In this document: one piece after another, positions 57,235 through 64,000 of the stretch
Position numbering within the stretch: the stretch's first letter is position 1
How the letters are laid out: every line of letters starts with the position of its first letter
NCBI GenBank assembly: GCA_951406725.2
Contig: OX597814.1
Span: 64,418,001-64,482,000 of the forward strand
DNA: 64,000 nt
Direction of reading: 5' to 3'
From: Octopus vulgaris
Taxonomy: Eukaryota
Notes under the pieces: generated by a model
The model's input: the letters and a program-made list of their open reading frames with translations, nothing else
Databases searched by the model: none
Told to the model about the DNA's origin: nothing
Position numbers and translations under genes: made by a program

Positions 57235-57644
57235 TATGTGTATGGCAATATGCGTATACATATTTATAAATAGACATGCATGCATATGTGTGTGCGTGCG
57301 TGTGTGTGTGTGTGTGTGGTGTCTTCTGGTATTGGATTTGTCCCTCGACTTCGTCAAAAGTTGGTTTGCAATAAACCCTAGTCAAAATACTCTCTAACGC
57401 CCATATTCACTTGTATATATGCATCTATACGTATCTACATACACATAATATTCAAATATATTGTGCTTCACAAAAAATTCCTTTCCCAAAGTTGCGTATT
57501 GGTAGTTTAAGGAGTGTAGTTGCATTGTCGACGCGTACGGAAGTCCATAATACATATATTTTCTTTATATCTATATACGCTGTGCGCGCGCGCGTGTATG
57601 GGCGTAGTTCTTTTACGAGGCACAAACACAGGCGAGGTCAGTTT

Positions 57645-57700
57645 TGGCAAGGTTTTTACATCTGGATGCCCTTCCAAACGCCAACAACTTTAAATGTGGA
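57645..57700 (-). mobile_element. Short RTE-associated repeat fragment
   Basis: ctggatgcccttccaaacgccaac is a motif I recognise from RTE-clade LINE/SINE ends; short and unverified. Confidence 0.35.
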
Positions 57701-58193
57701 CTGGATGCTTTTAAGTGGCGCCTGTACTTATATATGTGTGTACAGAACAAATTAAAAGGGTGGCTCATTAGCAATTATTACTTAAAGGCAAAATTAATAG
57801 AGGTCACAAAAATGGTGGAAGGTACTGACTAACACCGCTTTTGCTAAAATAAGAGTTATATTTGGATTTGATTTAATTCTTATTTTAGTGTAAGCGGGTC
57901 TATGTATGTATGTATGTATGTATGTATGTATGTATGTATGTATGTATGTATGTATGTATGTATGTATGTATGTATGTATGTATGTATATATGTATGTGTG
58001 TATGTATGTATGTGTGTATGTATGTATGTATATATGTACCCTTTAAGCTCGTTTACGGAAAACGTTTTGAATTTGCATATAAAATCCCCCATTCTATTAT
58101 GGCGGCTACAGCCTAATGATGCCAACTGCCTTAAACAGTATTTTTTGGGGGTGGGGGCACCGAGGTATGCCTATATAACCTAGGATAGATAAA

Positions 58194-58194
<1 letters not shown>

Positions 58195-58263
<69 letters not shown>

Positions 58264-58324
58264 TGATGATGATGATAATAATAATAATAATAATAATGAT
58301 GATGATGATGATGATGAGGATGAA

Positions 58325-58366
<42 letters not shown>

Positions 58367-58372
58367 AATGAT
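58195..58372. repeat. (AAT)n/(GAT)n compound microsatellite
   Basis: Directly visible. Confidence 0.95.
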
Positions 58373-59690
58373 ATGGCCGCAGTCTCAAAGCTGAAACATA
58401 TAAAAGCAAAATAGTAGTAATCCACGCATGCATGCATGTATGTATGTACGTATGCATGTACGTATGCATGTATGTATGTATGTATGTATGTATGTATGTA
58501 TGTATGTATGTATGTATGTATAAAAGCTTAAAGAGAGAAGAGTTAAACTAGAAGCCAGGAGCACAGGACAAGCAGTGATTTGCCCACCTCTGCCGCTCCA
58601 TCAACGGGAGGATTTTACGGTTCAGGTCAAAACACCCGATGATCGTCGGATATCGCCTGAAAACTTCAATTTCTCCTGGCCAAAGCTCCATTGACTTTGG
58701 TGAGTGGAAAAGAAGCACCTTCTTCTAAGTCCTACTAATAACATATTCAGATATATTTGTGCATATGTACATGTATATATCTACCATCGTCCGCCTTCAT
58801 GTCAACACCAACATATCCACGGTGGCTAAAACTGACAATTTTCTTCACCACTACCTCCATAAGAATTCTTGGATTACTACAATTACTGTCATCATGACCG
58901 CCGCCACAACTACCACCAAAAATACGAATACCTCCCCATCGTATTATTTCCCACAATCCCCACACCCACTGCCACTGCCACTGCCAAAACCATCATCATC
59001 AGCACTACCAATGCCTCTCACTCACCGCCTTCACCGTTACCACCATCAATATCGAACTCACCGCTCTCCCTTCATACCATTATGCATATAAACATTCTTA
59101 AATTTACTTTTATATATTTAACCATCTTGTCTGTGTGGCCATGTGTATGAGTGGGTACCTCAGTGCGCGCGCGCGCGTGAGTGCGTGCTTCTGCTTGTGC
59201 ATGCGTGATTGCTTACTTGCTTGCGTGCATGTGTTATGTGTGTTTATTTTGATTTCCTAATACCTTCCCCTGTTATCTAAAACACCAGGGGGCGTTCAGC
59301 CTTTGATTGCACCAATAAAGTGTTCAGGTATTATTTGTTAACGATTCTGTAAGAATCGTCGTGAACATGGTGATGGATTATGATGATGATGATGATGATC
59401 ATGATGATGATGATGATGACGACGACGACGACGACGACGGCAACAATGACCAGCTTCATGATGGTTATGATGATGACGATGATGACCACCTTGATGATGA
59501 TGATGATGAAGAAATTTATTCCGACGTATGATTGCTAGAGAATCGAATCAAATTTAAATTTCGAAAGTTAATAAATAGATATTTAATAATAGAAGCAAAA
59601 TTGCAAACAACAAAAGCAACAGCAACATCAACAACAAAATTATGAATATGATAATGATACTATTAGTAATAGTAATGATTATTATAATTA

Positions 59691-59749
<59 letters not shown>

Positions 59750-59802
59750 ACAGCAGCAGCATTATCATCAACATCATCATCATCATCATCATCATTAGTC
59801 AC

Positions 59803-59910
59803 CGTTCATCCTTTCGGGGTCGATGAAATAAGTAGCGGTTGAGTACTGGAGTCGATGTAATTGACTACCCCCTCCTCCAAATTTCAGGCTTTGTATCTAT
59901 AATAGAAAAG

Positions 59911-59988
<78 letters not shown>

Positions 59989-59989
59989 T
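59803..59989 (+). mobile_element. Family A SINE 3' half with (ATT)n tail
   Basis: ttcatcctttcggggtcgatgaaataagtagcggttgagtactggagtcgatgtaattgact...caaatttcaggctttgt, then (ATT)n. Confidence 0.75.
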
Positions 59990-60693
59990 GTCGTAGTGGT
60001 AGTAGAAATAGTAGTAGTGAAGTTATCATCATCATCATCATTAACTCAAGGTGGTTACGAAAAAAAACATTATTGTTGTTGTTATTGTTAGTTGTAGTAG
60101 TATGGAATACAAAATCTCTAATAGGAAACTAAAAGCTTCACCAAGCCGCCCCCACCCAACGAATCCTTAAAAAACAAGATCATGCAGTCTAAAATGTAAC
60201 AAAAACAACAACAACGGCACCACCAACAACAGCAGCAGCAACAACAACAACCAAAGCCATTGAGAATGTGAAACAACAAGTACACAATACCAGGAATTGT
60301 GGAAGAGAATAGAAAAGGAGGAACAACTTAACATTGAGGTTGCCTGCTGCAAGGTAAATGTTTCGTTTTAAAGATGACAGCCAAAGATAAAAGTATCAAA
60401 GGAATGAAAATATATAAATTAAAAGAACGCAGCAAATAAACGGAGAAAAAAGCTTAAAATAAATAAATATTCGCAAAGATCAAATTGAGAAAATAGGAAG
60501 GAGCCTAACGCTCACACACGCAAACATATACACGCAAATATGCACGCGCACATACACGCTGGTTATATGTGTACCGAGACACACATACTCACACACATAT
60601 ACACACACATACGTATATACACATACACATATATATACACATACACACATATATACATATACATATACATATATATTATATCAAATATATATG

Positions 60694-60730
<37 letters not shown>

Positions 60731-60906
60731 CCTGACTTTTATGCACGCACACATACACACACACACACACACACATATATATGTTTGGTGATACATACCT
60801 AAAAGAAACAAAATAAGCTCAATAGGCGGAAACGCGGAGCGTATACATTTCTTTATCATATGTATACACACACACGCACGCACACAAACATATTTATATA
60901 TATAAA

Positions 60907-61112
<206 letters not shown>

Positions 61113-61399
61113 CTGAGGGTTGCTAAAAATACAATAGAAAGTATTTATGAACATCTATCTGGATATATTCTATGGGATTATACAGAACCAGTGGAGAATG
61201 TGAATGAGTGTTCTGCAAGGCAATGGAGGTTGATGGGAAGACATTATTCTTCGTATGCGTTACTTTGAAAACGAATCTAGGATGGTCATGCGAATATAAT
61301 TTTTGCTCTGCTCCTATTTGCAATGACAAATCATCTTCGCATTTGCTTTGTTAATCTTGATTTTACGTAGGACCAATAGAAGTAGTATGGTACTGTACA

Positions 61400-61842
61400 T
61401 GACATATTTTCTTTTATTTGCGAATATCCTAGGTTTTGTCCATGCACAGGTGTTTCTTGTTAACATAGCTGTCGCTTTGTGGCTCATTAACAAACAATGG
61501 ACATGCATATTCTCGGAACTCGAAAACGTGTCCCAGCTCGTTCGTAGTGACAGCTCAAGCAAAGGAGTAGCTCTCGAGAACGCCAACTTTTATCTTTCTT
61601 ACGCATTTTGGTTTCATTCGCCGGTACGTTTATGGTCCGGCCGTATCGTTTTCAGATGTCAGAGCAGCTAATAGAATCAGCAGTGGTTCACGCAGCATGA
61701 TATGCGTCCGCTGCTGCTGTGGCTGCGCTCTGTCTCCGCACGGTCGCGTGTCCATCTCGCAGTATTCAGCCGATCCACGCGTTTCCGCCGAAAGTGCTCT
61801 TCATCGTATGTCCGAGAAGGCCTGGACGAATTTGAATGAACC

Positions 61843-61887
<45 letters not shown>

Positions 61888-63110
61888 TATACGTATATAT
61901 GTATCACTCCCTGCCTCCCTCCCTCATTCTCTCTCTCTCTCTCTCTTTATATATATATATATATATGTGTGTGTGTATATATATATATACATATGTGTGT
62001 GTGTATGTGTGCGCGCGCGAATGTGTCAATGTAAAGGCAAATTGACAGCGGAATTCTAAGTGTATGGTAAGTCACGCGGTACTGGTTTTGTTTCGACACT
62101 TTGCGTAGTGAGTTCAGATCATACCGACATCAGCCTTGTTTTTCATGCTTGAGGAGTCGATAAAAAAGAAAAAAAATCAAACATCTTAGCGCGGAGGATA
62201 ATCGGAACTGTTAGAGTGGCGGAGATGTCTTGCAGCATCTTTTCTGGTTCTTGGTATTTTTCTGGCAGCAACTGCCTCGACAGTATGTCAAGCTTATCCA
62301 ACCCTAAAGCTGCAGCCTTTCTCTTGTAGAATATCGATGGCGTGGAGAGGGGAAACTAGAGTATATAAACAACCATCGCCAGTCTTCCAAAACGAATCTT
62401 GCTCAATCCTGCGCACACTGATATAGTGAAATCGTCAGCTATGATGGACGGAGCCCTTTCCAAAAACATGATTCCGGCTTCGGACCCACTCTGTGCCAGT
62501 GTCTTCTACTACGTCCTTACGCAAACCAGACTTGTGAACCTCTTACACACACGCACACACACATACACACACATGCTTGCATATACGTATATATGTATCA
62601 CTCCCACTCTCTCTCTCTCTCTCTCTCTATCTACTGTCTTCTTCAAGCTTCCGGGCAACATACCCATGCGTGATCATTTTTCTGTATGCTGAGTTCTTTC
62701 CATCCAGATCTTCTCTGAGGTAAGAGAGCTGTTTTGGGTCTGTATAGGAAATCATCAGGAAGAGAGTGTTTCTTGAGGAGTTTACTGCCAACTCGTACAA
62801 TGTTGGTCACTTAACTTCTCAGCACTGCATTCATATATATATTAGTTTTGCTACCGTTGTTTAGCAGGCGCTGCCTCATTGATACCATACGGTATTCGAA
62901 AGCCGTCTTCACTGATCGCTGGCCTCTACCACCTTCATTTCTTCTTAGGTAGAGCATGTCAAGGATGTTTCGGGTTTTTATATCTGTGGAGTGGATTTCC
63001 TCTACAGACCAATCAATTATCCCAAATGTTGGGATCAGCACTGGTACTGCAAATGCATTGTGGGATATTGTTTTGTTGTAAGAGGAGAGTTCCGACTACC
63101 ATATCTTCCT
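61400..63110 (+). mobile_element. Possible degenerate L1/Tx1-type LINE ORF2 remnant, interrupted by microsatellites and SINE fragments
   Basis: Frame 61348-61671 reads ILGF...NKQW...SSKGVALENAN...LWSGR, in the order of the post-RT L1/Tx1 motifs LG..F / NW / LS.KGR..V.N / FLW.G; locally higher GC. Confidence 0.35.
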
Positions 63111-63284
63111 AAGTCTGGTGTAATATTCTGTCTCTGTCTCTCTGTCAGTATGTATATATGTATGTATGTATATATACCAACATCATCATCATCATCGTCG
63201 TCGTAGTCGTTGTCATCGTCATCAACATCCTCCTCAGTATCATCATCATCATCATCATCATTATTATTATTGTTATTAGCATTG

Positions 63285-63430
63285 TTCTGAGCTCAAATTT
63301 TGCCGAGTTCAAGTTTACTTTTATCCTTTCGGGGTTGATAAAATAAGTACCAGTTGCGTACTGAAGTTGATGTAATCGCTAAACTCTCCCCCAAATTCCA
63401 GGCCTTGTGCTTATCGTAGAAATTATTATT
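63285..63430 (+). mobile_element. Family A SINE, 5'-truncated
   Basis: ttctgagctcaaattttgccgag...tcctttcggggttgataaaataagtaccagttgcgtactg...ccaggccttgtgc. Confidence 0.75.
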
Positions 63431-64000
63431 AGTGTCGTTATTGATGTTGTTGTTAGAGTTATTGCTGCTGTTACTATCAATTGACAGACAAACCCTCATT
63501 CATGAGCACCTAAGGTTTTAATTTGTATGTACGTGTATGTGTGTGAGAGCTTATATATATATATATATATATATGAGTATTTGTTTGTGTAAATGTATTC
63601 TGTAATTTCCACCTATGTCAGATCTTAACTCACCGAGTTATGTATAAGGACCACTTGTTATGATTGGTTAGCAAACTTTAGTTTCAAATTTGTTGAACTT
63701 CTGACAAGTATACTAAGGGTGAATTTGAGCTTTAAGGGGAGAGAGAGAGAGATGAAGAGAAAAAGAGAGCGCAAAACAGAGAGAAAGGGAGAGAGAGAAA
63801 GAAAGATAATAATTACAGCCCAAATTAGTAAGGGTCAGCGATGTACTGAAAAATCAAAGAAATACATTCATATTTGTGTGTATGTTTGTGTCTAAGTGCT
63901 TGTGTTTGTGTGAGTGTGTGTGTGTGTGGATGCGTACGTGTGCGTATGTGTTGTGTGCGTGTGTATGGTGTGTGTGGTGCGTGTATGTTTCTGCGTTAGC

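Noticed and set aside
60125-60353. Possible next Lhx2/9 exon (taatAG ... AAG|GTAAAT, Gln/Asn-rich)
   Set aside because: All three frames hit stops after the acceptor, and there is no homeodomain sequence

Overview
Eukaryotic, AT-rich, extremely microsatellite-dense genomic DNA. The tRNA-derived SINE families and repeat landscape suggest a cephalopod such as Octopus (inference). The only credible protein-coding signal is two + strand exons (40266-41005 and 46749-47086) of a LIM-homeobox gene of the Lhx2/Lhx9/apterous family. They encode an Asn/Ser/His-rich N-terminus, LIM1, LIM2 and the family-typical 'YNGxGTxQKGRPRKR' linker. No homeobox exon is visible, so it probably lies beyond 64000, and any upstream exon could not be placed with confidence. 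The rest is intronic or intergenic: several SINE families (two copies with clear target-site duplications, one of them nested, plus a head-to-tail array), mariner- and hAT-type MITEs, an element with ~75-bp terminal inverted repeats, a ~280-bp foldback, degenerate LINE remnants, Penelope-type minimal hammerhead-like motifs and candidate enhancers. Nearly all ORFs in the supplied track are microsatellite artefacts. I found no convincing novel multi-gene system.
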